Shown in pieces: positions 33,941-46,415 of a stretch of 64,000 nucleotides of DNA. Within the stretch, counting starts at the first letter, position 1. Every line of letters starts with the position of its first letter. Source of the DNA: Phoronis australis. Lineage: Eukaryota > Animalia > Phoronida. The notes below the pieces were generated by a model that ran no database searches, was not told where the DNA came from, and worked only from the letters and a program-made list of their open reading frames with translations. The stretch spans positions 379,642 to 443,641 of the forward strand of contig NMRA01000350.1 of the NCBI GenBank assembly GCA_002633005.1. Reading direction: 5' to 3'. Both the position numbers and the translations under genes were made by a program.

Positions 33941-36900
33941 CTGATCTAAAACAATTGCAGCGTGAAACTTTTCTTGAGCTTAGAAATCATTTACAATCTA
34001 GACGAGGCTCGGATATATTGTCATGGTAACATGTCTCGGGATATTTTTCTGATATTGTTTTGTTTACGAACACAATTCGCAAAAAGATTGCCCAAGCCGT
34101 TGAGCAACATAGCAGCGACATAATCGTGCATCATCGTTGTGTCCAGAGGTTCACTGAGTCGGAGAGGAGATATGTCCATTATTTCACAGCGTCTATGTTG
34201 AGTGATTGTCGATAACCCTTGTTATGCAGTCTCCACCCATTTTTTTAAGATTTAATACTACTTTCTAAAAGATCCTTCCCAATTTTGGTGCTAAGAGCTT
34301 TTGAGTTAATATTAAAAACCCTTCGTCGAGACAAAGCTACTGGCGTGTGATAGTATATGCACAACATTTCGTTTCAAAAAGGAAAAAAGCTGACAAAATT
34401 TCCCGACCATTAATTACTTACATTTTAAGATCTTCTATTACGTTAATTCGGGAGTTTTATCACGACTTACACTGAAGGAAAGGCTATACTAATTTGAACA
34501 AAACAACTCGCCGTAAAGTAACAGTAAATGTTTTAATGGCGGTTTAGATTGGGTGAAATTACTTCTGAACTTAGAACAAGTTTGTGTACTTACGATGTTG
34601 GCGTTCAAAATCCTTAAAAACTCCCGATTTGGGGTGCAGCATCAGACCAGTTAAGCGTTACTTAATACAATGACATCTACACTTCCTCTCTAGCTAATTA
34701 TATTACGACAAACGCCAGAGACAATGGTTTTGTGTTTCAATAATCTTGACTTTCAGCCATTTAGTCGATAACCAATAACAAGCCATTCATTACCGTCTCC
34801 GAGTTATGAACACTGGTGTTTACCTAATACCGACAGAGTAATTAAAAGATGTGTAAACAAAAGTGAATGCTTGTCCTAGGGTAATTTGGTAACCAAATAT
34901 ACACTGTGTGAAGGTACATTTGTTTGTTCAGGTGTTGACATCTCGTTGGTTTAAATTTGGTGATTGGTGTCAAGAGAGTTTTAAAACTTCCATTTCTAAT
35001 TAGTTCACTTTATTTCTCGTTGTATTTAATAACGCAACTGCAAATCCTTGTTATTTGTTCACACCATTATATTTGTATAGTATACGTCTTCGTCAAAGGC
35101 GATCAAATCTTGTGATCAAAACAAAAACGCGTTGTCTGTGGATTTAGATGTGGATATCGACTAACTATAGACTACCTTGACTACGTCCATATTTCCGTTT
35201 GTGGGCAAACAGTGCAGCCCATGACAATCGTATCGCCCGCACGTTTCATTAAAAAAATCCCTTAATCAGCGCACGCAATTCAAATGTCATTTAAATTTAT
35301 TAAACTTACATTGTTAGACACAAACAAAATCCATACAATTGTATCCAGATATTATAGGAAGTCTGAGTGTGCACATAGGCCGAGATAAGTAATTACAGTG
35401 ACTGAGATGTACGCACAGTGCACGCCAAAATGTAACGTGCCCGCCAAAGGAAATCAGGTAAATTACCGTTTTCCGGTGATACCGTTTTTTTTTTAACTTC
35501 TCCGACGATGAATTCCGTTTGCACTCAACCGTCATGACTCGGACTTTTGACGGAGCTCTGTTATCACGACCGGGAACTATGGGTAAATTGTTGAAATAAT
35601 TTAGTATGCTCTGAACGGAATAAAAGATACAAACACATAAAACAGTATATCAAACAAATGATATCTCTGGGATATGGGCAGTAAAATACGCCAGATAAGT
35701 GTTATTTTTTTAAGTCCTTGGTCTCTAGGAGAAGAATTAGGTCTTTGGAATTAAGCGTCGGTTTGACTTCTTCACTTGTCAAAACCCTCAAGTGGTTAGA
35801 CATCTGTACAACACGTTTTTGCTACAGAATTGGATAGATTGGTATTCTTTGGCAGTAGAATAATAAATTTGGAGGCAGTTAGAGAAGTGTCGTAGGCAAT
35901 CTGATTTGGCATTATGTTGATCGGCACAAACTACCTACACTGTAAATTTGAGTTTGATCCCGTAGAAGCTCTCGGTCAAATTTCAGCGTCAGAGCAGGGT
36001 CGTATTCAGCATACATGTATAATAGGGACCATTTCACAAAAAATATGATTGGGTGGACCCGTTGTCTGTGATTTAACTATACGTATTATACTGTACTATT
36101 TACTAAGTATCAATAGACACGTATTCTTGACCTAATGGTTGCAAAATTATTATCAAAGAGCTAACCGTCTATGCTTCGACACCATTCATGTTCTGTACAC
36201 AACATCTCTAACATGTTTAAGTTATGTAGGACAATAGCTAAATGTCCAAACTTGGTCAACTTTGGAACATCATATCTCAGAAATATATATAGCTGATCAG
36301 ATTCATATGAAGCATTTATATACTATGGTTTTACTCGAGTAATTTACACCTACACTATATGCGAAGGGGTCTAAATCCGCATTTACGAAGACGCAACGCA
36401 GATAGCTTAAATCACGTACAAAATGTGTAGAAGTGGGAATTAATTTTGACACAAAGTACTCGACAATTCAGTCAACGATGAAAAATGCCCAAAACTGCTT
36501 CAGCAGGTATCTTGAAAATGAATGGTATATGCAACGGAGAACAATAAAATGATTTACTATGCGGCTGCTCCTTAATGGGGGGCTCAGTAGAATGGGAATT
36601 TAGTCATAATAGGTTGTCACCCAAAGTGTATGTGGTATAAAGAAAAACTGCGCATGCGTTAAGCATGATTATGTATCGATATTTTCCTTGCAAAGGTACA
36701 GTTTCTTTGAAGATTTTTTGTTTTTAAATTTTGCCCTCCTTAAAATCATGCGGCCGAAGGTTAGTGAAAAACCAATGCAACAGTTGTTTGGGAAACCCTG
36801 GCCTACATGTAGCCACGGCACAAGAAAATCGGATCCCTAAAAATTTACAGTTATTATACAAATGTACGAGTAAGGACAGCATCAGAACGAAGCTCAGCTA

Positions 36901-39900
36901 TTGAAAGTATGAATGATCGCTTGCTATTACTTTTAATGCACGATACCAAAAAACAATATTGTGGTTTTTCTCCTAAGAACACGCGCATGTGGTAACATGT
37001 GGAGATAACTCACCAGCATCGGCTTGAACGAACACGACTAAAAATTCCCATATTTGTGAAAGACTGGTTTAAGAAGGAATTTTGGTATATTTACGATTTT
37101 AACTATTCTGATAAGGGCTTAATATCTCATTTCTAAGGATTTTTTCCACACGCCGGGCTTGGTACTTTTCGCATCGACACTCAAAATTAAGGAACAGGTA
37201 AAATTCATTGTTTATTCACACTCAAATTCCATATCAAACCCGTTGCCGAATTGCAATAGGAGGAGGAGGTAATTTATTGATGATACTTAATTTTGGAAAA
37301 AAATCTATTCTATCATTTGCAGTTCAATCTATTTTTGATGAAATTTACGCATTAGCCATAAATCAATTGTCAAAAACTCTTATTTGCATTTTCAATTTGT
37401 GTCGCCTAGTGCTCTTGCTATGAGCAAAAATATGAAGTAAATTAACATTTGCATTTTGACTATTCATCTTTTGAAGACTTTTTGCATTGTTTAGAATCCC
37501 TGGATGATAAAACAATGTAATGTACCCCTGCATGCAGTTAAGCATGTCTATTACCTTGTTTCCAGACCCAGCCTATGGACACAAAGGTGTAAATTTAATT
37601 CTCCACTGATCAAACTACGGTTATGAGCAAGAGTTGGATAAAAGCTGAACCGAATTTGCAATTCTTCTTGCACGATATGTGAGTATTACAACCGGAAAAT
37701 TTAACGTACTGATGTTAGTCGACGCATGTACATTTCCAGACAAGGTGGTCGTTTCTTGCAGAAATCATGTAAAGAAAAACTATTTTCTAGCATGGTGCAG
37801 GACTTCTAAGTAATGTTTTTGCTTGAACTAAATTGCTGTCTCTGATGTTACAAACGTCTTCGTTACGGGCTATGGGCTGCATTTGCGTGTCGCTGTTTTC
37901 TCGTATATTATCGATTAGTGTGCAAATGTACAATACAATAGCACGAACATCGATCTGAAAAACAATAAACGGTACTTTAATTTTTTTTGTTTGTTTTAAC
38001 GACATTTTGTAGCTTTTTCGCGGGAAAGATTTTGATTAATTTACTGTTGCATGAGCGGCGCAGTACTCAAGTAAGTGCGGGTTATAGCCCCCTCCCCCCA
38101 TCCCCCTATGATGCGCCGCCCATATTTGGAGTGTCCAAGCATCAGATTTGCATTTTCACCAAATTTGCCGTGATTGCCCCTCTTTTCACGATTCTGTTAT
38201 TCGTGCAGTGCGATGAGATATATTTTCTTTTCCGTAGACGGGCAAAGGGTCTTTCACGGTGGCTGCGCGTGTCTCGTATTAATTGTAAAGGAATCTGCAT
38301 CAGCAAAATAGCTAAGAAAATCATAGGCTTTTTGGTGTCTACAGTCAATAACAGTAACCTGATGATGCTTCCCTTACGGAAGGATGCAACTGACGAGTTA
38401 AGATTCTGTACAATATGCATCTTTTGGATATCTTACCATTGTCATTTTAGGGTTAAAAACAGTGCTGACCATCTGGTAGGTACTTTGCTGCAGGAGACAC
38501 ATAAACCAATCCACCTTGACAAGCCAACTCGTCAAGCTTAGTATCAACTAGAGTACTGTCTATCGAATTGTTTCAAACGATGAATCAAATGTCCCATAAT
38601 TGTAAGTGCCGTTTCATTATGGATGGCAGGCTTATACTATAAGTGCCAGAGGAGAACTTACAGTGTTGATGTCTTGTTAGACTTGCTACCTTCATAACGC
38701 ATCGAAAGGTAACACTGCTTTCTCGCAATGCTATTGTACTGCAATTCACGAAAGTTACAATCGTTTTGTAGTTTTAGGTCTTTTGTAAGATGTATGGTAG
38801 AGGTGGTGATGGTCCCGGTTGACTATTTGTGCCGGAGACTAGCAGTGCATCAAGGTCCACGTCACGCTATCAAAATGCATCTAAGATCACTCACTATGGC
38901 AACTGCCAACGTTCAAAACAGAAAACAAGAACTTGACACAAAACAGAACCCAGAACTTGACACAATGAATGGATTGACAGTGATCTGTCAAAACTGGGTG
39001 TTCACAGTACATGGGACTAATAGTTCAGTCATTGTGAACAAAGCTCTTTCCTAACGAAAAACACTACTCGAGATTTTAACCCACGGATGTATGAACAGTG
39101 TCGAGGTCGTAAAGTAAGTTATGGTAACATTTACAAATTATTTAACCGTACACATTCAAAGGAATTGGTGTTTCACCGACTACAGGTTTCACCGACGATC
39201 CGTAAATTTATACAAACCTCGCAAACGCCGAACTTTACCTGATGCACCGGAGTGAAAACGCCCACCTCACAACTGTAAATTAGTCCCAAATAGAACAAAG
39301 TATGCCTAAGGTATGTGCAGTCATTACTAATCACTCAAGCCAATTTTCTGCATCTGTCATAAACATATCGACCTGTAATTCGCAAAAAACAGCGTGAAAC
39401 AGTCGTATCCCAAAGGAAAACACGCGGGGTAGTGGCAACTCGAACCACCACTTTTTCAGCGATCCTATTGGCAGAAACAAAAGACTGGTGCAAATCTCTC
39501 ATTATGCACCCGCCTTGTTTATCGTCGACAGATCGATACGCACACATTGTCTTAGAACACTTCAGGAGACTCATGTTGTTGTTAAGCTGTAAATTGTTTC
39601 CAATAGTTCGATAACAAACACCTATTCCCATTGAAATCGTTCATTGCCTCTAAAGGAAGCACAAGCATAATAAGCTTTTGAGTTGGCATAGCATCAGTAC
39701 TTATGGTTTTTATCACTTTTGATTGATTTTGGATTGTATAAATTCAAACTAGAAAAACACAAGAAAACTTTTAACCAAAAGAAGTATGTCCCAGGCTGAC
39801 CTTGGATAATAAAAACGCAAACATTGCCATGTGACGTATGTTTTCCAGAACGCAATGAACGTAAACAATGGAAACATAAAATGGATTGGGTACAAGGGGC

Positions 39901-40794
39901 CTCGAAAAACGACTGCATGAGAAATGCTGATTTATTCGAGATGGGAATTCCATTCAGTGACACTATTGGAATCCCTCGGCTACCACCGCAAACAGTACTT
40001 TAAGACATAAGGTATATTATGTAAACAACAAATGCAAAAAGTCACCCTATCGGGTTCCTTGTTATCTCACGTCGGGCGTCCTGAGTAATTCCTTTTGCAC
40101 TATTGGACAAAGAAATCGAAAACCTGTCGTGAATGGCCAAATCTATGCGAATCGTTGCTGTCGGTGACAACAAGGTATTTTTCCGCTCCAAATATTAACC
40201 ACCCTATCATTCTGTCACCGTGGGCAAAAATTGCTATGGTCACAAAGTTCCAGTGACTTTGAAATAAGTTTACCGTAATAATAATCTAAAAGTTGGAAAT
40301 TACTGCCCTAGAAAGTCCATATTGAACAGTGATTTTCCCTCACTTTTGACTTACTTCAGTTTTTTTGCAAAATAACTCCTAACACGTGTAATTTAAAATA
40401 GATTTGCAGCAACAAATGCCCAAGAATATTCCGCATATTCGAGTAATTAACTTGCTATTGGAAAGACCTACGTGGACAAAAATCAATCAAATGGTCAATT
40501 TGATCTGATTGTATATGTTTCTTTGTTACTAATACGAACCTTTGTCAACAAAAATCGGTGATCGATACTGGACATCAACTCGTGCTCAGTGCTCTGCATA
40601 TCCACACACCTTATGCTCGTACCATACAGTATGTAGTTGAAATACCACATTCCTCATAACTGATTGTGACTCTTAACAGGTACGACTTAAAATCACGATA
40701 GATTTAATTCATGTTCTAGCTTAAAAATATTGTAAATTCGGTCTACTAAAACTGTTAACCCTCTAATATGTTTATTGCTTTATTTTCAGGAATC

Positions 40795-43700
40795 ATGAGT
40801 AAAGTCGGAGCAGATTTGAATCCGCGATACTCGGACGACCGATATCGGTATACTTTAACGCATCTCAAAAGTAAGTTGAACAAGGACTTAGAAAAAATTA
40901 CTGTAACTCATCAGGACGCTGTCAAAAAGAAAGAAATACGAATACAGGAACTTGAAAGTGAGAGCGACCTTAAAAACGAAAACATTCTATTACTAAACAA
41001 GGAAGTTGTTTACGTCAGGAATAACCTGAGGTTCTGTGCGGACGAATTGAAATTGCGCAAAACTGAAAAGGACAATTGGAGAAAAAGATGCGAATCTTTA
41101 GCAATAGACCTAGTCAGAACGGTGGATCATTTAAAATTGTTGGGTGTACTTTCCCAGAAGTCACTCACAAGCCTCGCTAATACCGGACAGAAGTTAAAAA
41201 TTGCACATGCCAGTCTTAGGCTGCAGGAGTACATAGCTGAGAAAAATTCCGCTGACAAATATCTTCAAAAACAGAAGAAAGTGTTGAAGGAATCTCCAAC
41301 GGATGAAGTAAAAGAAAATGTTCGAAGTTTTGAAATTACACTTGAGCTTTTGAAAGAACAAATTGCAAGTGTGGAAGACATAATAAAGGCAAGGAGAAGC
41401 GAGCTCAGTGGTACTGGCATTGACGACAAAGAATTAGATTCAGAGTTTTGTCGACAGAAGTTAACTTCTGGAATAGATAAATTATTTAGCGACGTTCAAG
41501 AGGCATTGGCGAGCTCGCCGAAATCCACAACAAAATTACCCGCCTCGAAAATTACTGATACTGTGAAGACAACAGAAACTGAAGACAAGGTAACAGTGGG
41601 AACACCTGTTAATGAAGACTTGGTTGAAAAAGTGACAACCCTTGAAAAAGAAAAGAAAGAGTTGTCGTTGGAACTGAGAAAATTGAAAGACGAAAGGCAC
41701 AACGCGTCGCCTGTTAGTTTGAATGATAAAGCAAAACCCGTTCAAGAGGTGTTTGTGTCGTTTCAGACTAACATTGCTGAGCTGACTTCTCAACTGGCTG
41801 AAATGAACGTCCTTCTCGAGACAGAACAGGAAGCTAACGGAAAGTTGGAGCAAACAGTCGCCGATCTGCGCACTGAAATCGAACAAATTAAGAAGCAGGG
41901 TAGTGATGAAGATGGGGTGAAAGAGAAGTTGGAAAAGGATGTCCAAGAATTGAATATCCTTTTTGATGAAGAAAAAGAAACCGTAGTTCGACTCAAAGAA
42001 GAGATTGAAAAACTTCAGACTGAATGTACAAGGTTAGGAAAACAAAACACGGGTTTATTAAAGATGAGAAATGAAGCAGCTACCAAGAAAAAGGAGATGG
42101 ATTCTGAAACAGACGACCTAAAAAAGACACTAGAAAGTGAACGAGAACTATTAAAAACATTAAAAGAAGAGAAAAATAAACTTTATGCAGATAATAAACA
42201 GCTTAAAATGCAAGTTATTAACATTCAGAAACAAAACAAAGAAGCTGAAAGCGAAGAAAAGAATTTGTCGGAATTGGAAGAACTAAGGGTTCATTTTGAA
42301 AAAGAAAGACTTGCTTCATCTGTTCTCCGTGAAGAAAAAACCAAGTTAAATACAGACATGCAGAAGTTGCGAAAACAGGCCCAACGGCACGCAGATGATA
42401 TTGCGTCGCGGACCAAAGAGCTTGCTGGCATAAAAGAGCATTGTAGAACTACGGATGATAAGAACAGAAAACTGGAAGCAGATGTGAAGCAACTAACAAT
42501 TCAAGTGAAATCCTTGGAGAAACAGAGGTTAAAGACAAGTGGATTGAGTGGAGAGCTCCAAGAAACTAACGCTCTGTTGGAACAGCACAAAACAACAACG
42601 TTAAATTTGCAAGACGAAAACAAAAAATTAAGAGCAGAAACGGGCGAATTGCAATTGAAACTTTCAACGTTAAATAATGAAATGGAGTCCCAAATCAATA
42701 AATTAAAGTCAGAGCTTCAAGAAACAAAATCTAAGCGTGACTACGAAAAAAACGAAAACAGACAAACACAGCAAACTGAACTTAAAAATGGGACTGTACC
42801 TTTGACGAGCGGTGCCGCGGCTAGCGACGACCTAAGTAAACTCCAAGTGCAGCTGGAACGAGAGATACAGGCAACACAAGGGTTACGAAACGACAATACT
42901 CTGCTGAAGACGGAGAAAAAGAAGTTGCAAGAGACAATAGACCGATTAAACGGGGAGCTTACATCTATCTCACATGCCGTTCTCAAAGAAAAGGAAGAGA
43001 CTCGCAATGCCCAAGATGAATCTAGGAAGCTTCAAAGCGATTTAAAACAAGCCGAAATTAAGATGAAATCAATGGAACAACAGAAGGTAAAATCGAAGGG
43101 AAGTAATGGCAACTCTGAAATTTCGGAACTAAATAATTTGTTGGAACAGGAGAAGAAGATCTCTGAGTCCTTACAAAACGAGGCAAAAGAGTTACGTCAA
43201 CTGCAACTTGACATGACCAATAAGCTAGAAGCTTTGGAGAAGCTAAAGAAAGAGAACGAAGGTAGATTGAAGAGACAAAAATCTGAAGCAGATGAACTGC
43301 AAGCGACTTTGAATAAGGAGAGAGAGGCTATAAAATCTCTTGAATCGAAAGTCAAGAGATTAAAGACGACAGAGGAAAAGTGTGAAAAATTAAAGAAGGA
43401 TGTAGACGATGGCTTGAAAGCTTTACAAAAAGAAAAGGACACGGTTCAGAAAGCAAAAGAGGAAAACGGTGTCCTATTAGAGCAGGTAAAACAGCTCACT
43501 GAAGAAAGTGCTGAACTTAGCTCTGACAAGAATAAAATAAAACGATTGCAGCGAGAAACCAAAGATTTGGAATTGAAATTAAAACAACTTGAACAAGATA
43601 AAGAGACTGAGATTGCAGAGCTCAGTAGAGATAAAGCAGAGGCAGAACAAAAGGTGGCGTCGCTGTCTAAAGAGCTTGATGAAAAGAAACTGTATCTAGA

Positions 43701-44082
43701 ACAAACAAAAGGGAAATCTGAAGACTTGAATATAGCCAAAGAATCGATCGCAGCAGACATGACTATATTGAAGCAGAAGAAAGTAGAAGCAGAAGAGCGA
43801 GTCAAAAGTCTCTCTGCTGATGTAAAAGAGCAAAAGTTGCTTTTGCGCAAGGCACAAGAGAGGATGAACGACGCAAACATTGAGAAGGAACAGCTTTATG
43901 TTGACAACAAACAATTGAAAAAGCAAATCAAAGCATTACAGGAAGACCTCGCAAAACAACAGGCGGAGGGCAAGGGTTCGGATGAGGAAAGGGCTAAACT
44001 AGAGGAAGAGCTTAAATCAGTGAAACAAAACCTCATGAAAATGAAAATGATTTTTGCGGCGATGAAACAGAAAGGAAAATAG
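40795..44082 (+). CDS. Giant coiled-coil protein 3 (about 1095 aa, single coding exon); likely start 40795 rather than 40768
   Basis: MSKVGADLNPRYSDDRYRYTLTHL aligns with the starts of paralogs 1 and 2. The upstream in-frame ATG lies before a TTTATTTTCAG acceptor (AG at 40788-40789), i.e. inside the intron. Confidence 0.92.
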   Translation: MSKVGADLNPRYSDDRYRYTLTHLKSKLNKDLEKITVTHQDAVKKKEIRIQELESESDLKNENILLLNKEVVYVRNNLRFCADELKLRKTEKDNWRKRCESLAIDLVRTVDHLKLLGVLSQKSLTSLANTGQKLKIAHASLRLQEYIAEKNSADKYLQKQKKVLKESPTDEVKENVRSFEITLELLKEQIASVEDIIKARRSELSGTGIDDKELDSEFCRQKLTSGIDKLFSDVQEALASSPKSTTKLPASKITDTVKTTETEDKVTVGTPVNEDLVEKVTTLEKEKKELSLELRKLKDERHNASPVSLNDKAKPVQEVFVSFQTNIAELTSQLAEMNVLLETEQEANGKLEQTVADLRTEIEQIKKQGSDEDGVKEKLEKDVQELNILFDEEKETVVRLKEEIEKLQTECTRLGKQNTGLLKMRNEAATKKKEMDSETDDLKKTLESERELLKTLKEEKNKLYADNKQLKMQVINIQKQNKEAESEEKNLSELEELRVHFEKERLASSVLREEKTKLNTDMQKLRKQAQRHADDIASRTKELAGIKEHCRTTDDKNRKLEADVKQLTIQVKSLEKQRLKTSGLSGELQETNALLEQHKTTTLNLQDENKKLRAETGELQLKLSTLNNEMESQINKLKSELQETKSKRDYEKNENRQTQQTELKNGTVPLTSGAAASDDLSKLQVQLEREIQATQGLRNDNTLLKTEKKKLQETIDRLNGELTSISHAVLKEKEETRNAQDESRKLQSDLKQAEIKMKSMEQQKVKSKGSNGNSEISELNNLLEQEKKISESLQNEAKELRQLQLDMTNKLEALEKLKKENEGRLKRQKSEADELQATLNKEREAIKSLESKVKRLKTTEEKCEKLKKDVDDGLKALQKEKDTVQKAKEENGVLLEQVKQLTEESAELSSDKNKIKRLQRETKDLELKLKQLEQDKETEIAELSRDKAEAEQKVASLSKELDEKKLYLEQTKGKSEDLNIAKESIAADMTILKQKKVEAEERVKSLSADVKEQKLLLRKAQERMNDANIEKEQLYVDNKQLKKQIKALQEDLAKQQAEGKGSDEERAKLEEELKSVKQNLMKMKMIFAAMKQKGK

Positions 44083-45653
44083 TCTGACCGAATTTGTTTT
44101 CTGTTGAGTCAGCATCAATTCTACAATCTAGCTATGCCATCGTTGGGTCGATCTTGAATTTGCATGATGTTTTTTCTGGTATTTTCGCATGTATTTTATT
44201 ATTTGATTTTCATTGTATCAGTCTTCTTTGTAGCACTAGCAATCAACTGCCGATACGATTATGTAGCATACAATACACCTATTTGTCAATAAGTGCACAA
44301 CTCTGTGGGCTTGATCTAATCTTGCACTATTGCCATCTGCACTCCAGTTTAAAATGTAGAGTTAGAGGAAAGGGTGATTTTGTAAGATGTTGTTGACATG
44401 TGAATTTATATTATGATATAATGCGAATGATCCAGGCCTTTTAGTTTCAACGGATTGTTTATTGTGTTAAGACATGGCCGCCTTTGGACTTAACAGAAAC
44501 GTAATTGATTGCAGGAGAAAAATCAATAGCTCGCGTTTTACGATTGTGAGCGAAACAGTTATTTCGTATTTGTAGTAAATTAAGGCACTATAAGTTCCAA
44601 TAGTTCAGTGCCAAAGTCATTAACACTGAAGTGCTGAATTGGTGAGGGTCACTAACACGAAAACTTCCGGTTGTGATTTGAATCTCGATTTTTCCCAATA
44701 TAGTACATGCATGATAGTTTTTGAAAAGACGTTGTATTTTATTTTCTGCAAGGAAGAGTTCGCTCAATCACCAATTGTTGAACCAGCAAAGGCACTGGTC
44801 CATTTACGACGACGATTTTCTCTTCACGAAACTTTTATTAGACTTATAACGCTATCTGTTCTTGAAAAAACACGCAGTAAAAATCAGATGCCTTATTGGG
44901 TTGACACGACCATCCCGCCGAACGTTGGGAAAACCAGTACAGGACGGCGCTTCATTGAAACTCAACTAGCTCAATATATGGGATAGACACGTCAACTGGC
45001 TAACGCAGTAATTGGCTTCTCATTAAAATTCCAGTCTCACGAACCACTTTGTTAATCATCGATCAGGATAAGTTCACCTGCGTTCGGCGAGTGCGAATTT
45101 TTGGTTTTGGCGAAAGTTATAAACATTTGAGTTGTGAGCTTGGCGGTATCTAATGAATATTTTAGATTGTGATAATTATGCACTTGATGGTCGATATGCG
45201 TGTAATAGCCAAATACGGGAATCGAAGCTTATGTGGAGGTCTAGGTTTGTATCTGCAATTTAGTGACCCACTCAGGACCCTGCCTGGTAGCCAAAGGTGC
45301 TCCATCTTGAAAAATTATGTAACAGAATTTCAGCGTCCGTGATGCAGAGAACATTTTTGTGGTTACCAGTGGTAGTAAATTGTAACGTAAGGGGAAGAAG
45401 GTGAACCTCATGGCGACTGGGACATCTCTAAGAAACCCTTAGTCCGGCACTATGCCTCCATTTGTTATTTATAACTGTTTTGTACCAGTTACAAACATGA
45501 TTAGACAAACTATTATTACTATCATAGTTCGGGAATTATGGAAGCAATGAATCGGATTTCTGTTGCATTCGGCCAACAATATTCGAGGACATGCACGTAT
45601 GGCCCACATACCTTTCATTACGATAACTATGCCCTAATTTAAAACTCCCTCAA

Positions 45654-45663
45654 ATCTATAAGC
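45654..45663 (+). promoter_or_regulatory. Candidate TATA box of the discoidin-domain gene
   Basis: CTATAAG about 135 nt upstream of the ATG at 45792; position plausible, no transcript evidence. Confidence 0.3.
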
Positions 45664-45791
45664 TCCACGTAGTCCCTTTTCGGTTTGATATCTTTCAAAG
45701 CAGATGTCAATCAGTTTATCATTTGGGAATTCGCATATGGGACTGTGTGGGTCAACAGACGCTACCGCAGTCATTTTGTCACTTCATTACT

Positions 45792-46367
45792 ATGGGTGCA
45801 GTCGCATTGCGTATTCTTGCGTATTTTGTGGCCGGTTGTGTCTACGCATTAGGTGCACCGAATGAAATTGTACTCGACCAGCTAATACAAGAGTACGAGG
45901 AAAAGATTCTTGTCCTCGAGCAATCCATTCGCGATGTGAAAGCCCAAACAACGGCCTTGGACCAGGCGTTGTCGCACAAAGAAAAGTCTTTGCTTAACTG
46001 TCAACAGTACTTGCAAGATGGTTATTTTAGAATGGCTGAGGCTGGTATTATTGACAAGTACGACCAGTTGATATCAGCGCTTGGAGTGACGGTAGACAAG
46101 ATTCATCCGGACTACAGAGGTACATGTACTCGTGTTACTAAAGGCTAATAACGCGCTGTTAAAATCGCTTCTATATCGTTATATGGTTAACATCTTAAAA
46201 AGTAAGTATAGGCTAGGCCTACCTACCGTTCTCGGTTCTATTTTACCAGAGATCTTGAAAATGGACATGAATCAGATATGCATATGTGCAGCTGGAAATT
46301 CTTGACAAATTGAGATATTTGTCTCACGGTGAAAGAGTGTGGTCTTAAGAAATCAGACTTGGCAGAA

Positions 46368-46415
<48 letters not shown>

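Noticed and set aside
37987-38541. 184-aa ORF
   Set aside because: Non-ATG start, crosses repeat-like sequence, no recognisable domain or paralog.
18204-43926. Many Ser/Phe/Leu-rich ORFs antisense to the three large genes (e.g. 19821-20663, 43446-43880)
   Set aside because: Shadow frames produced by GAA/AAA-rich coding on the opposite strand.
17317-44082. Assigning the coiled-coil proteins to myosin, SMC, lamin/intermediate filament, golgin or SYCP1
   Set aside because: No motor or Walker motifs, no IF consensus ends or CaaX, no GRIP domain seen. A faint likeness of LKSKLNKDLEKI to the SYCP1 N-terminus lacks the conserved KWK and is explainable by generic heptad composition.
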